DNA from: the human T2T-CHM13v2.0 reference genome, Homo sapiens
Assembly (NCBI GenBank): GCA_009914755.4
Contig: CP068257.2
Location: forward strand, 12,896,001 to 12,960,000
Direction: 5' to 3'
DNA length: 64,000 nt
Position numbers and translations under genes: made by a program. Numbering within the stretch: position 1 is the stretch's first letter; each line of letters begins with the position of its first letter. Positions 1-13,760 of this stretch are shown one piece after another. Below the pieces are notes generated by a model. It did not search any database, had not been told where the DNA came from, and saw only the letters and a program-made list of their open reading frames with translations.

Positions 1-613
1 ATAGGAACACATTTACACTGTTGGTGGGACTGTAAACTAGTTCAACCATTGTGGAAGACTATGTGGCGATTCCTCAAGGATCTACAACTAGAAATTCCAT
101 TTGAGCCAGCCATCCCATTGCTGGGTATATACCCAAAGGATTATAAATCATGCTGCTATAAAGACACATGCACATGTATGTTTATTGTGGCACTATTCAC
201 AATAGCAAAGACTTGGAACCAACCCAAATGTCCATCAATGATAGACTGGATTAAGAAAATGTGGCACATACACCATGGAATACCATGCAGCCATAAAAAA
301 TGATGAGTTCATGTCCTTTGTAGGGACATGGATGAAGCTGGAAACCATCATTCTGAGCAAACTATTGCAAGGACGGAAAACCAAACACCGCATGTTCTCA
401 CTCATCAGTGGGAATTGAACAATGGGAACATCTGGACACAGGGCAGGGAACATCACACACCAGGGCCTGTTGTGGGGTTGGGGGAGGGGGGAGGGATAGC
501 ATTAAGAGAAATACCTAATGTAAATGACGAGTTAATGGTTGCAGCTCACCAACATGGCACATGTATACATATGTAACAAACCTGCACATGTACCCTAGAA
601 CTTAAAGTATAAT
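1..613 (+). mobile_element. LINE-1 3' end (young L1PA-type), 5'-truncated by the window edge; carries a degenerate ORF2 C-terminal remnant plus 3'UTR
   Basis: ORF 49..303 (+) translates to the L1 ORF2p C-terminal region ('[40 protein letters not shown]...[20 protein letters not shown]'). The frame breaks after 'MWHI' through a small deletion relative to the consensus '[17 protein letters not shown]'. A G-rich 3'UTR stretch 'ggggttgggggaggggggagggatagcattaagagaaatacctaatgtaaatgacgagttaatgg' follows. The canonical L1 terminus 'cctgcacatgtaccctagaacttaaagtataataa' lies at ~580-613. Confidence 0.93.
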
Positions 614-678
614 AATGGAAAAATAAACAAAGAAACAAAGACAGATAAAACAAACAAAATCCTGTAAAAAAAAAAAAA
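614..678 (+). repeat. Degenerate A-rich tail of the L1 insertion
   Basis: 'tggaaaaataaacaaagaaacaaagacagataaaacaaacaaaatcctgtaaaaaaaaaaaaag' directly follows the L1 terminus. Confidence 0.7.
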
Positions 679-834
679 GTACATAGCTTGAGTGAGTATC
701 CATACTTGAACCAGGCTGTATGTAGTAGACCAAGGGTGTATTACCCTGTAGCCCATGATGGCTTTGAATGTGGCCTTGACGGCTTTGAATGTGGCCCCAC
801 ACAAATTCATAAACTTTCTTAAAATATTATGAGA

Positions 835-882
835 TTTGTTTGTGATTTTTTGTGTTTTTGTTTGTTTGTTTGTTTGTTTTTA
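835..882. repeat. (TTTG)n simple repeat
   Basis: 'gatttgtttgtgattttttgtgtttttgtttgtttgtttgtttgttttt'. Confidence 0.8.
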
Positions 883-1130
883 GCTCATAAATTATACTTC
901 GTGTTAATGTATTTTATATGTGGTCCAAGAAAATTCTTCTTCTTCCAGTGTGGCCCAGGAAGGCCAAAAGATTAGACACCCCTAGAGTAGACTGAAGAAA
1001 CTTCATTCACTTTACAAATATTTATTGAGAGTCTACTACGTTGAAAGTATTATGCTAGCTGCAGAGGGAGGATATGTGGTGCTTACTTCAATATTAGGTC
1101 ATTTTTTAAAATATTTGAATATTAAGAAAG

Positions 1131-1335
1131 TTGTTAGCCTGGACAATCTAGCAAAACCCCCATGTCTACAAAACATATAAATACTAGCTGAGCATGGTGG
1201 TGCAGGACTGTGATTCCAGCGACTCGGGAGGCTGAGGCAGGAGAGTCACATAAGCTCAGGCATGCTGACGCTGCAGTGAGTGGTGATTGTGCCTGCACTC
1301 AAGCCTGGGTAACAGAATGAGACCCTGAAAAAAAA
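1131..1335 (+). mobile_element. Alu SINE, 5'-truncated, with poly(A) tail
   Basis: 'agcctggacaatctagcaaaacccccatgtctacaaaa...tagctgagcatggtggtgcaggactgtgattccagcgactcgggaggctgaggcaggagagtcaca...gcctgggtaacagaatgagaccctgaaaaaaaaaaaaaa' matches the Alu mid-linker and right monomer. Confidence 0.85.
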
Positions 1336-1392
1336 AAAAAAGGAAGGAAGGAAGGAGAAAGAAGGAACGAACGGAAAAGAAAGAAAGTTTTT
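1336..1392. repeat. (GGAA)n-type purine microsatellite abutting the Alu tail
   Basis: 'ggaaggaaggaaggagaaagaaggaacgaacggaaaagaaagaaag'. Confidence 0.8.
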
Positions 1393-1995
1393 TTACAATT
1401 GTAGGTGTTGACATGTGTGTGGACGCCTAGAGAGATTTCTTTGATGAACTTCCTGCATAGTCAGAGACAGGAATGACGATTTCTAAACTTACAGACGCTC
1501 TTACAGACATGGTTTCCCTGATCTCCATAAACTTTAGCTGGCAATTCAGGTGGAAACAGAAATAATATCTACAGTCCTGTTGCTTATAAAGGCAGTATAT
1601 TAAGAACAGAAGTATTGGAAATTAACATATTTCATGTCAGTTTCATTTTTCATCTAACTCTGTGTCTTCTTCAAGGTAATTGACCTTCCTTATGCCTTAG
1701 GCTCTACATATGAGGCTAAATAAGAGTCATTCTCTCACAGTTGTTACAAATATTAAATAAATTAGTGTACAAAAAGCTGTAAGCACAGCAACTGACATGA
1801 AAATAAACCAATGATAAATATAGAAAAATAAAATATTTTAGTTGGAAAAACAGACAAGGAAAATTGTTATGTTCTATAATTTAAGCATTTATAGAGTGTA
1901 ATGCAATAACATCTCATCAAATCTGAATATTGTATATGCTTAAAAGTTTTTAAAATCACTATCAGTAATGGACACTAGTAGTAAGAGGTAAAACA

Positions 1996-2296
1996 GCCAG
2001 TTGTGGTTGCTCATGCCTGTAATCCCAGCACTTTGGAAGGCTGAGGTGGTTTGAGATGGGAAGATCACTTGAACATAGGAGTTTGAGACCAGCCTGAGCA
2101 ACATAAGGAGACCTCATCTCTATAAAAAATTAAAAATTAGCTGGGCTGGTGGCATGGTGCCTGTGGTCCCAGCTACTCAGGAGGCTGAGATGGGAGGTAG
2201 CTTGAGTCCACCCAGGAGGTTAGGGTTAGGGTTAGGGTTATGTGATTGCACCACATCAACTCCAGCCTGGGTGACAGAGCAAGACTCTGTTTCCAA
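1996..2296 (+). mobile_element. Alu SINE (full length) with an internal telomere-like hexamer block
   Basis: 'gccagttgtggttgctcatgcctgtaatcccagcactttggaaggctgaggtgg...gagaccagcctgagcaacataaggagacctcatctctataaaaaattaaaaattagctgggctggtggcatggtgcctgtggtcccagctactcaggaggctgag...ctccagcctgggtgacagagcaagactctgtttcc'. Confidence 0.9.
2218..2240 (+). repeat. (TTAGGG)3.5 telomere-type hexamer repeat replacing part of the Alu right monomer
   Basis: 'ggttagggttagggttagggtta' occupies the place where the Alu consensus has 'ggaggttgcagtgagccgagatcg'. Confidence 0.9.
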
Positions 2297-3394
2297 GGTA
2301 AAGGCAAAATTCAAGAATAAAGATAACAGTACCTTGCATGTATGTTAAGCAAGCCTATTTTTAACTAACCTAAGTACAGAATACTTAACTATTATTCTCC
2401 TATTTCTTTTCTAATTTGGAATTTATCTGTATACAGTAGAGAGTTCTGAGACACACATTAAAGCCCTTAGAAGTTATTAACATTCCAGTACATGCAATGG
2501 GTTTCTTTTGTAATAATTCTGCAAGAGTTTACCAGTTTCTGTTATAGAATATCTCTGGTCTCTGCCTCTCAGCCTATACTGTAAGTGTCTTACAATAAAT
2601 TTGAATGCTACTCTTAATTATGAGCTATTCAAAGGAGAGAACCTATACTAAAAATAGAGAAAGAGAGAAATAAAGGATGAAAAAGAGGGTACACTAATGA
2701 TAACACTACACATGGTAAAACTGTATTTTAACATGTATTTGGATTTACTCTTTTTAAATTCATGAACATGTTTATCGATAAGTTTTAGGAATATAAGAAA
2801 ATAATGAATTATTTTTGATATAGGACTGAAAATCTATTGCTACATATTATATAAATGAATGTTTTGAACCTTCTCATAACTGTAAGACCTATTTGAAAAT
2901 ACTAATAACAAAATCTTTCTCCATTAGCTTTCAATTGGAAAGTTTGATCATTTTTAATTGAGGTAACATTAGTTATAATATGCATTGCATTTGAATTGTC
3001 CAATAGGTCACTTGAAATAGAACCAATGACAGTTAACAAAAGCTAAATGATTAAATATTTTCTTCATTTTTTATATTGTCAGTTTTTACCCTACTATAGG
3101 ATTTACAATTTAAAAAAAAACCACAAAAACAAGAAAATTCCTTTCACAAATTCTGAGAGTATAGTATGAAGAGTTTATGTTTCTTGGTTAGGAAATTTTG
3201 TAAACTAATATCTGGTATGTAGTTAATCAGTGAAGACAGTGATTCCCTATATTTCAGACCAATTTCTTGATGGTTCTGTTTCTAAACATAGACCCTTTCT
3301 AGACACAATTTCTCTTCAGTAAATGAAAGGATTTGCACTCCTTTTTCTATGAGCCTTTTATTTGTAGGGATTATCACAGCATCCACCTCTGCCA

Positions 3395-3690
3395 ATTTTT
3401 TTTCTTTTTGAGAAAGGGTCTTGCTCTGTTGCCCAGGCTGGAGTGCAGTGGCACGAACACGGCCCACTGTAGCCTTCAATCTCCTGGTCTCAAGCAATCT
3501 TCCTGCCTCAGCCTCCTGAATAGCTGGTACTACATGCACGTGCCACCATGCCCAGGTAATTTTTGAATTTTTTGTAGAGATGGGGTTTTGCCACATTGCC
3601 CAGACTGGGCTAGAACTCCTGAACTCAAGTGATTTACGCACCTCGGCCCTGCAAAGTGCTGGAACTACAGGTGTGAGCCCATGCACCTGG
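3395..3690 (-). mobile_element. Alu SINE (antisense, poly(T) at left)
   Basis: 'ttttttttctttttgagaaagggtcttgctctgttgcccaggctggagtgcagtggcac...gcctcagcctcctgaatagctggtactacatgcacgtgccaccatgcccaggtaatttttgaattttttgtagagatggggttttgccacattgcccagactgg...caaagtgctggaactacaggtgtgagccc'. The ORF 3282..3686(-) is Alu-derived. Confidence 0.9.
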
Positions 3691-5988
3691 ACAGATACTG
3701 CTCTTTATTCATATAATATGCAAAGAAAATTACCCACCAAAATAAATGTGAATTATGAGGAAAGGAGTTATTTTAAGACATAATTACAAATGGAAAAATA
3801 TCACTTCCATGTTAAAAGGAAACAATCCAACTGAATGTATGAAAAACATGCCTGTGCCTCTATATTCACATCTCTTTAAATTCATGCAGAATGAAACCAT
3901 CTGTCTAATGAAAATAAGAATTCATTCACAACAAAACTTAGCATTTCCAATGTGACCATTTTCTGTGATATGTTTTGTTCAAAGATGTATATTTTTTCAA
4001 AATTTTTTTTATTTTATGAATAAGGAAGTCAAGATTAACAATATTCCAAGTGTATTATAATAGTTACTGCTCTTAAGCCAAATGATGATGATGGAGTAAA
4101 GTATCATTTTGACAATAGTTTAATGTTGTAAATATGACTCTAACTCACTATAAAATACAGGCTTTATTAAATACTCTCTCTTTAGATTTTAAATACTTTG
4201 AGGTATATCATTCTCCATATTAACTTTTATGATCTTCCCTAAACCTACTATTGTTAACTATTTGTTGTACTTAATCAAGTAAATATCATATAAAATTAAT
4301 CTTAAATGGAAGCACAAGCCATGCTTTTAAAAACTTTTCTGTATTATTTGGAAAATGTTACTTTGAGTTTTTCTTATATTAGGGAAAAAGAAATCATGAT
4401 ACGTTATCTAGCTACATTTTAAACTAAAGATGCTTGTCTATCCATTATTATGCATATGTGTCAGAAAGAATTAATATTCAAAATCATTTATTCTCAGTTT
4501 CCAAAGATAAGAAATCATTTATTTTTGTTTCCTTCAGAAAAACTTGGATGGTAACTTCCAAAGAGTTTCAAAATATTGACCATTGTTCAATGTCTCATCA
4601 ATTCAAAAGGTCATAACAAATGAAATAAACCAATCTCTTTCTCTGAAAATGGGTGCCTAACATATAAAGACTGATAGACAATAAATCAATCCTTAAAAAA
4701 AATCTGGACTCAGCTATTGTTTATCTCAGAAAGAGACTAAAAATTGTATTTACCTGAGAAAAGAAATGTACAAGTATTGGAGAAATTTTCTGACATTGGT
4801 ACTTTGTAAATAGTTGTTTTACGTTATTAATAAATCTAGAGTTCTACAATAGAATTTGAACTTTATCCCATGTTATACTTTTTTTTTAAAAGTAGCACTT
4901 ATTGCCAAGACAAAGAACAGAGTAACATTCCACATATTACCAATTTGTCAAGTCTACCAGTATATGGTGTTTTGATGCTTCTCAAAACACAGCCCGATTT
5001 TTTGTGTAGTAATAACATTAGTTCGAGAGAATAGCAAATATACATCTTTACAACGAGCTATCATGATTTAACATTCAAAAATGAGAAAAGTCTTATATTT
5101 AACCATAACATTTCCATTTTACAACCTTCTTATAACTCTATTTTGAAGAGCTAATTACTTAAGAGATAAAATTCATTCAGTAGACTGTTCAATAGACGTT
5201 GACAATCTCATAGTCATTAAAAACATGCAAGAAGATTTTATAATAACAAACACTCAGAGACCACTAAATTGATTTTCTTGAAGTTGAACTGAACTCAAAC
5301 TTCACTTACAGATGTAAATGTTCCAATATGCACCATAAGACAAAATTACAGAGACAATAATTGCTAGGTGTGATTTAAAATCTAACTTTGCAATTTAATT
5401 TTTCCGTATTTGCCATGAGGCATTAAACCCTATGTTTGACTTATGACTGACAGATGAGAACATTGTATGTGTTCAAACACACATATGTGTTTATTTTCTA
5501 TTAAATAGTTTGATTTTATTTAACTATGTATGAAATCACCTTACCTTTGGTTTTTGATGTTTCTCCTTCTCTGAAACATTGGATGGCTTTCTCTTGAGCA
5601 TTTTGAATTCTGACTACTCCTAGTGAGTGCACTTTCTGCTGTTACAGAAACAACTGAAAACAGTCAGCAGTGTGCTGTCTAATGCACAGCATCAGATAAG
5701 GTTGAGCCCAGGGACCTGCCACTTCCTCCTTCGGTCAGGATATGACTTCAACATTTACATGGGTAATTTTTTTTTCTTACAGTAATTCTTTGGTAACTCT
5801 TTATTGTCTTGCTATTTTCTATGAGGTATGTTCCAAATCTCATATTTAGACATGCCTGCAGTTATGAGAGCCATAAGGATTTCAAAACAAAACTCATTTT
5901 CTTGGTTTATATAAAAGTAAAAATTTACAATGCATTCCATGGGTAGAAAAAAGAAAAAATCAGAGCCAATAACTGAAATAAAACTTGA

Positions 5989-6330
<342 letters not shown>

Positions 6331-9300
6331 GTATATTTCTAAATAAACACAGTTAGAAGATAAAATAAATAAACAATGTTAGAAGATAAAATAAGTTAGA
6401 ACTTAAACAATACTAATCCTACTTAAAGCATGTATGCATATATTTTAAAATATGGATTAGACCCATTCTAAATATAAATGGGAACATGACTAAAAGTAAA
6501 TGTTTATCATATGTTACTTTTCTAATGTATTAAGATGTTGTAAAGTTCTGGTTAACAAAGAGATCAATTAAACAGAACCCCCAATTAACCATATGTCTTT
6601 GTGCTACAAACGATGCCATATACTGATAATTGCTGCCCTGGTGATGAGCCAATGGATCAACGGTTTCTTCAAATAAAACACCCAGAACCTCTATTTAATA
6701 GTCCTGGTAGAGCTAATATGACTTATTAAGAGTTTCCCCATGGTTTAAAAATGTTTATGATAATGAAAAAAGCAAAATACCCAGAAGTAAAAGCAAAAAG
6801 TTCAAGCTTTATTGTTAAATGGGGATTTACCAAAGGGAGATTTGCAAAATATATGAAACTCTGGTTCCATTTGAGCAACCCAGATTAAGAAAATAAACCT
6901 AGATTTCTGTTTATAAATCCTCTGAATTGAAAAGTGTAGTGCCATATTCTTAATCAGCAGCTTTTCCACGTGACAAATCTACTGACTCTATTTCTCAAAC
7001 TTCCCTCACACTTCTAAGCTCCACCCCAAGGCCCAAATTTTACTAATTCATTTAACAAATGAGATTCAAATTTCACTAATTTATTTAATAAATATTAAAT
7101 TGATTGTCTATTATGTGCAATTTGACAATATTTCAAACCTCTTGACTAGCTAAAAACAACCTGTTTTTGTTCTATAACAGAATTGAAAGAATATACTTTT
7201 CAAGATTATGGTTAATATGCCTATTATTTTATTACCAGATAATAAAAGCAGACTTTGATTTTTGAGAATTATTGAGTTAGTGTTTTCAAAATACTGACAC
7301 AGACAGAGAACACTGGAAAACCTGAGAATGTTGAGGTGGGGTAATTCCCCAGAAATACATCTTTTAGACTTTCAGTTTGGGCTTGGGTTAAGAAAGTTGG
7401 CTAGGCAGATCTTTTGCTTCATCTCTTAAGAAATTGAAAGTCATAAAAATACGTTTTTAAGTGAACCATTTGCACCCTCGACGCCCTCTTTTCTTCATCT
7501 ATGAATAAAAATTTAATTATGGAGTTCAATCAGTAATAAAATGGCAATGATAATGCTTGCACTTAGTACATGGTAGAGTTTTGTTGATAGTAAAATGAAA
7601 TACCAATAAAGGACATACTTATTAGATGATTCATCATTTCAGTAATGTTTTATGTCAAAAAATGTTTGTGAACTCTAAAAAGGCATGAAGTTTCAGTTTG
7701 AGGTGGTGCTTGCTATAGGTTACATTTCTCCAATGTTTCTATAATACAGTGCTAAAGAATAGAGAACACTCACATTTATGAGACCCATATCTGGACTAGA
7801 TGCAGTTTTTAAAAGCGTTATACTGAAGCAAACAAAAAATATATATCCATTTATGGATCTCTAGGCACTTCACCATCTTTAACATTACAAGAAATGTTTA
7901 AAATGTAAACAAAATAAATATTTTCCTTCAAGTACGGGTGGAAAAGGAATTTTCCAATCTTTCTTTCACTCAAGAAAAATGTTTTCTGGGGCTTAAAAGA
8001 CAGATGTGACATTTGAGGTCCCATTCATTATCTAACTATGTTAAACTTCTTGATCCCCAAAAAGATCAAGTGACAAGGTTACAAATGTTTTTATCAATTA
8101 TCTACTATTTTATGGTATTTGGAGGACACCGAGATATTTAGTGAGTGACACAGAGTGACCCAGCAAGCTCAAAAGTCACAGATGGACAGAACAAGAATGA
8201 AGCAGAGAGTCAGTACAGAGCACACCTCACTACTGACCATGATTAAACCACTAGCAACCCTGTTGCTTAACATGTATTCTGAAATAGGGAAATTGCAAAA
8301 GCACAGTCTTGGTGCTTTACAATACCTTAATGGTCTTACATCCCAGACAGAATGGAACTTTGTGTACTATCTCTGTGTCATGAATCATGAGTAAAAATTT
8401 TGAAGAAATTGCAGTCAAATGACAAAGATTGAGGTGTATTTTTCGGGAAAGTAAGGTGAGCCATAAAAGGATTGCTTCAGCAATCCAACAAATATTTATT
8501 TAGTGTATTGCTAAAACACAAATCATAAAATTCGAAGCATAGATAGAAGGAAATTAGAGATCATGGGACATTCAAAGTGATGTCCTCGATTCTGAGACAT
8601 TGAGGATCTCCATCTACATCTCTCTGCCTTCTGCCATCAGGTTGAAGGATACAATTAGATAGTAGTTTGGATTAATCCTACTCTACATTTTATTTTAGGA
8701 CATGTACACTGGTTCAATGGATGAAGGGTTTTAAAATCAAATCTTTTAGAATGAAAGTAGATTCTCTGCATTGCTCTAATAGTTAAAACTTCTCTAACAT
8801 GAAGAGTTGGTTGGGCACAATCTTATGCATGCCTCTGTGTATTGCTGGGTCAACCATGACCAAGGGATATTTTATTAACTCTAACCAAAAATACTCCTGA
8901 CTATACCTCAAGTGTTTTGTTACAGGAGGAAAACAGAGAGACCAATTTCAAGAATTTGAAAATAAGCAAAATAAGGTTGTCATCACAGAACCCAACTCTG
9001 AAATTAAGATTTAATGTAAGAATAATCATTTTATAGAAAAAAGAACTGTATTCCATTCAAACCTGCAGAATTTACTCATCTATGATTAAGAAAAGGAGTC
9101 AATCATAAAAGTAACTTAACCTTGATAATTCCTCTCTTCTTTTTGGCCCCCTCAGAGTAGACTTCTTTCTATAGTACAGGGAAGAGAATTTTATTCAAAG
9201 AAGTTGAGTGGGGATATTGTGTTCCTACCTGTTTGGGGTTTCACGGAAGTGGAGATCCTACAATATCAAAAAAAAAAACTCTTTCTTTCTCAGTGTTTCC

Positions 9301-11037
9301 TGAAATAAGTACACATTGCCATCTGATGACGTTCTCTGCAATTCTGTATTTAATAATTCAGATGTTGGTGCCAAGCTATATAGAGGGGCCTTGGTGTTGT
9401 ACCCTCCTCTAGTTATCTAGCTTATTCTTACCATAGGTGGATTAAACATCTCAACACCTCCTTGTTTGGATTTGGGAGTTTAAGAGAAATGACGGGATGG
9501 ATATTCCCCCTGGCCTATGGGAGGAGTTAAGGAAGTGGGGGGACCGTTTCTTCCTTGTGAATCTCCTATATTTCCTAACTCTCTAAAGTCACTTACCCAT
9601 TCTATGTCTGGAGTTCCTGTTTACTAATTCCTTTCTCTAAGGGACCCAGCCCTACCCAGCTCTTGAAATCCCTTCTAATGTGTTACTAATTGAAAAGCTG
9701 TGCAGTGACTTTTCTGCTTCTCCTGGTGACCTGCTCCAGGAAGTGACAAGCTCATGTTTTGGGGAGATTAGGGGAAGATAAAATTCTGATTCTATTAACA
9801 GGAAGTGGCAAGAAGATGGGAGCTACTGAGGTTTGCCATTTCCAACAAGACGTGAAATCAAGCATATCTATCACCAGGATTAATTTCTTCTAAAAACGGA
9901 CCTGAAGTCTACATGATAAATTAATATTCCACCTGTTGACTTCTCCTTATAAGACCCTGCCTGAGTTTCATTGCCTGAGTTCCCATACATTCAACTAACA
10001 AGGATGAGGTGATGCCCAAACAACTTCTAAATAATTAGGAAGGTTAGGGAGAATCTGAATTCATTTTACCTCAAATAGAAAAAAGACAGTAACACAGACA
10101 AATACTGGAAGGTTCCTTTCAAGTTGCTGAGTTAAAGGAAAAGAGAGCTTAGTGAGCTTTGAGTATCTTAATTCTCCAGACAAGATAATCTATTGCATGG
10201 AGATGAACATATCATGCAAATTTTAGCTGGATTTCAGTAAACAAAATATGTGTTTAACTATTTTCCTTTGTTTTTATTTTAAGCTCTATGCATAAATGAT
10301 GATTTGGCTCCTTGGGTAGATATGTCTATAGGAGACAAAGGCAGCATTCATATGGACATCAAGTACCTGGAATCTGAGATTGCTATTTCTCATTACAAAT
10401 TTAAATACTGCCAAAGTGGTTAACTAGAATGTATTGACAGAAAAGGATCTACCCTTGATGTGCTCAAAATACTATGTTTCTGAGTGGTTAGAGTTGCTAG
10501 TCATACTCTGGATATCTTGGGAAGCCTCTTAGAGAGCCTGGCCTGGCAAAATTACTGCTTATTTTAAATTTCCAAAGAGATAATGTAACACATTATCTTG
10601 TTATCTCAGTTATAGAAGAAACAGATCATTGGGATAAATAGAAGGGACCAATGGCCTAAGATGAATGGTGAACCTAAAGAATCATACAGGATAAAACTGC
10701 CTTGAAGAGACAAAGAACTTCATAAATTACAGCTATGCCTTACAAGATGTTTGAATGTAAGAGAAGACTGGGTACCAAGAATGAGTAGTATCAGTTCAAA
10801 GTGACTGGAAAAATTAGGGAGGCTGATAAAGTTTAAGATTCAAAATAAATGCAAATTACTCAGATTACTTCAATAAATTATAAGTATTTCCTTTCTAAGT
10901 GGTTTTAAAGTCATATAAGGGCCATATTGTGGTTGGCATAACAAATAATGATAAAATTTAATCCATTTATGATTAAAAGTTGTAATTTTCATGAAGTAAT
11001 ATTATTCTACAAGTTAATAATATTAATAATAATGACT

Positions 11038-11260
11038 GTCATCTTGAGTGTTTATTACATAACAGAAATTATGCTGTGTGCTTTATAAATATTTTCAATA
11101 TAATCTTCACAAAAATCTTCATGAGCTGGTACTAATATTATCATTCTCAGCTTCCTGGTGGGGTTTGGTAACGTGTCTAGTTTGCACAGCTAGGAAGTGG
11201 TGGAGTCAGGATTCAATCCAAAGCCTCAGCTCATAACCATCACTCTATGTCATAAGTAGG
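11038..11260 (-). mobile_element. MIR SINE (antisense)
   Basis: 'catcttgagtgtttattacataacagaaattatgctgtgtgctttataaatatt...tattatcattctcagcttcctggtggggtttggtaacgtgtctagtttgcacagctaggaagtggtggagtcaggattcaatccaaagcctcagctcataacc' matches the reverse complement of the MIR consensus core ('...tattatccccattttacagatgaggaaactgaggc...cacacagctagtaagtggcagagccgggattcgaacccag'). Confidence 0.65.
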
Positions 11261-11699
11261 TCTTGGCATACCTAAATACCTGGCATAAAATGGGAATGAT
11301 TAATTTGACTGTTCGGGTCAGGAATGCTAAGGGCTAGGGGGAGGGTAATGTTGAGTTGCTGGCTTCTGGTTGAAAAGAGAGTTGGTTCAATCATTACATG
11401 TGTAAAAAAATTTGAAACCAGTAAATCTGCAACCAATCCAGAACTCTTTTCTATAATTAAGATTCAGTATCATGGGGACAAATCTGCATTTCAGGCCCCT
11501 CTCCAACCCAAGCTACCTTGTTGAGACACTTATTGGCCCTCAATTCTACCCTTGATAATAATCATTGTCTCTAATTTTATGCTTACAAAAATGGGTGTAG
11601 GTAATCAGAGTAGAAGCACAAATGAGACTTATGCACACTTTATGAAATTCCTTTCTATGAAGTTCCTTGGTCTGAATGTTTGTGTGGTCCCAAAATTCA

Positions 11700-12045
11700 T
11701 ATGTTGGAATTCTCACCCGCAAGGTGGAAGGTAATAGTAGGTAGGGCTTTTGGGAGAATTAGGTCATGGGGACAGAGCCTTTATGGATTGCATTAGTGCC
11801 CTTATAAAAGAGGCTAGAGAGACATCCCTTCACTCCCACTTTTCCACCATGTGAAGACATAGCAAGAAGGTGCCATCTATGACCCAGGAAACAGGCCCTC
11901 ACCAGAAGAGAAATCTGCTGGTGTCTTCATCATGGACTTCCCAGCCTCTAAACTGTGAGAAATGAATTTCTGTTGTTTGGAAGCTACCCCAAGTTTATGG
12001 TATTTTATTATAGCAGCCCAAATGGACTAAGTCACCTGTTTTTGA
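11700..12045 (+). mobile_element. ERVL-MaLR LTR fragment (MLT1-like 3' portion)
   Basis: '...gggcttttgggagaattaggtcatggggacagagcctttatggattgcattagtgcccttataaaagaggctagagagacatc...catgtgaagacatagcaagaaggtgccatctatgacccaggaaacaggccctcaccagaagagaaatctgctggtgtcttcatcatggacttcccagcctctaaactgtgagaaatgaatttctgttgtttggaagctaccccaagtttatggtattttattatagcagcccaaatggactaag' is the characteristic MLT1/MaLR 3' end. Confidence 0.6.
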
Positions 12046-13544
12046 TAAGGCATCTGTCCGTAAAGTTACTACCATAAGCACATTCCATTTGCTCGAGTTG
12101 GAGGTTTAGCTCTCCAATTTCTATTTCTAAAGAGCGTTTATTATTCCCTCAATCTTTTGCTCTTAATTTTGTGTTTTTGCTTGCCTCAATATCAAATCCA
12201 AATTGTGATTATCATCTTCACATTTCTACAATATTGTTCTTTTCTATATTTCTAAATGTCATTTAAAGTTTTGCAAATATAAAAATGCTTACACTAAAAA
12301 AGTTAGAAAACACAAGCACCCTCTCCCATCCTTCTCTATTCCTAGACTTCCTATTTCAACTCTTTTTCTGATCCTTCCAATATTTAAAAAAAAAATGTTT
12401 CTAGTTGGTTAGATTTATTTTTCTAGATAATATATTTTCTTGATTTATGCATTAGGCATTATCTATTTATTCCTTTTTTTATCCTTGAGGATTTTGTACT
12501 CTTCTTACTTCCCAACTACCTTATAATTATTTTGTTAAATCATTAGTCACTATTAACATTATCATGGTATAAATAATATTATTCATGGCTGAGTTAAATA
12601 TTGTTTAATGCTTTATGTTCCTCTTTTGCCCATTTTTGGAATTAATAACTGTCTTTCTTTTTATATGATTGGTTCTCTATATATTGTTAATATTTCACCA
12701 ATAAATACTCTGACAATTATTTCAAGTGATTTGTTTCAAATATTTAATTTCAAACATCATACTTGTCATTGCAAATGCTCAAACACTTTAGATGTTTTTT
12801 CTGTTCTAATGTGTTCTAATGTGGTTTAGTTGTTCTCCGTTGAGGATAGAATGGAATTTCTCCTTAATCACTTCCAATTATCTCTGGTCTAAGTCTCACA
12901 TCATGTTTCTTTTTGTCTGTTCTCTCATTTGCAGAAACATATCTCCTTAACAGAAAAAGGGCACTTACATCCTTTTAGATCCTTCACATTTGAATGCTAT
13001 ATTGACTTGAAATCGAATTCTAGCCTGGAAATCATTTTTTTCTCAATATTTAGAAGGCTTCTCCAATTGTCTTCTAGCTTTCAGAGTGTTGAGAAGTCTG
13101 CAGAAGCCATTGTGATTCCTGTTTTGTTGTGTATGGCCTGTTTTTTCTTTCTTTTTCTCTGCCTCTTTCCTCTGGATTTTCTTCGAATCTTTGGTATATC
13201 CTAAAATGTCATATTATGTGTGTTGATATGGGTTATTTAAAAACTTCTCTTTAGGCCTATGTTCCCTTGATAAGTTCTTCATCTCTCTTTGTTCTCTCCA
13301 TCTGGAAACGGATTAGTCCAATGTTGAACATACTGGATTGATACTCTCATTTTATTATATTGCTCTCTGATTTCATTTATTTGACCTTTTGTTTTCCAGG
13401 AAAATTCCGTTACTTTTTCTACTAATTACTATAATAAATACAATAAATATTTTACTTTAGCTAGATTTTTAATTTGCAGAAATGCTTTCTGATTGTTCAC
13501 TTTTCATAACATTCTGTTCTTAAGTTTTGGAAAGGCAGTGACAT

Positions 13545-13760
13545 GTAATGGTTATGAGGGTAGACTTTAACCACACTGCCTAGGTTCAAATCCTGACTCT
13601 GTCATTTACCTGGGTGCCCTTGACAAGTTATTTAGCCTTTCCATAAAGTGCACATGACAGTAATGCTTGAAAGATATTGCTATGAGAATGAAAAGAGACA
13701 CTATTATGGTGTTGTTGGAAAAGTGCCTGGTACATAATAAACACTAGATAGTAACAAGCA
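13545..13760 (+). mobile_element. MIR SINE (sense)
   Basis: 'ctaggttcaaatcctgactctgtcatttacctgggtgcccttgacaagttatttagcctttccataaagtgcacatgacagtaatgcttgaaagatattgctatgagaatgaaaagagacactattatggtgttgttggaaaagtgcctggtacataataaacactag' aligns with the MIR consensus ('ctgggttcgaatcccggctctgccacttactagctgtgtgaccttgggcaagttacttaacc...agtgcctggcacatagtaagcgctcaataaatg'). Confidence 0.6.

Noticed and set aside
2218-2240. TTAGGG repeats as evidence of a chromosome end or an ancestral telomere fusion site
   Set aside because: There are only 3.5 hexamers, fully embedded in a normal Alu. I see no degenerate TTAGGG arrays, no head-to-head orientation and no subtelomeric repeat families nearby.
3282-3686. 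134-aa ORF on the minus strand, one of the longest in the track
   Set aside because: It lies entirely within the antisense Alu at 3395-3690 and its poly(T) flank. Peptide fragments such as 'GLTPVVPALCRAEV...VPAIQEAEAGRLLE' are standard Alu read-through translations, not a gene.
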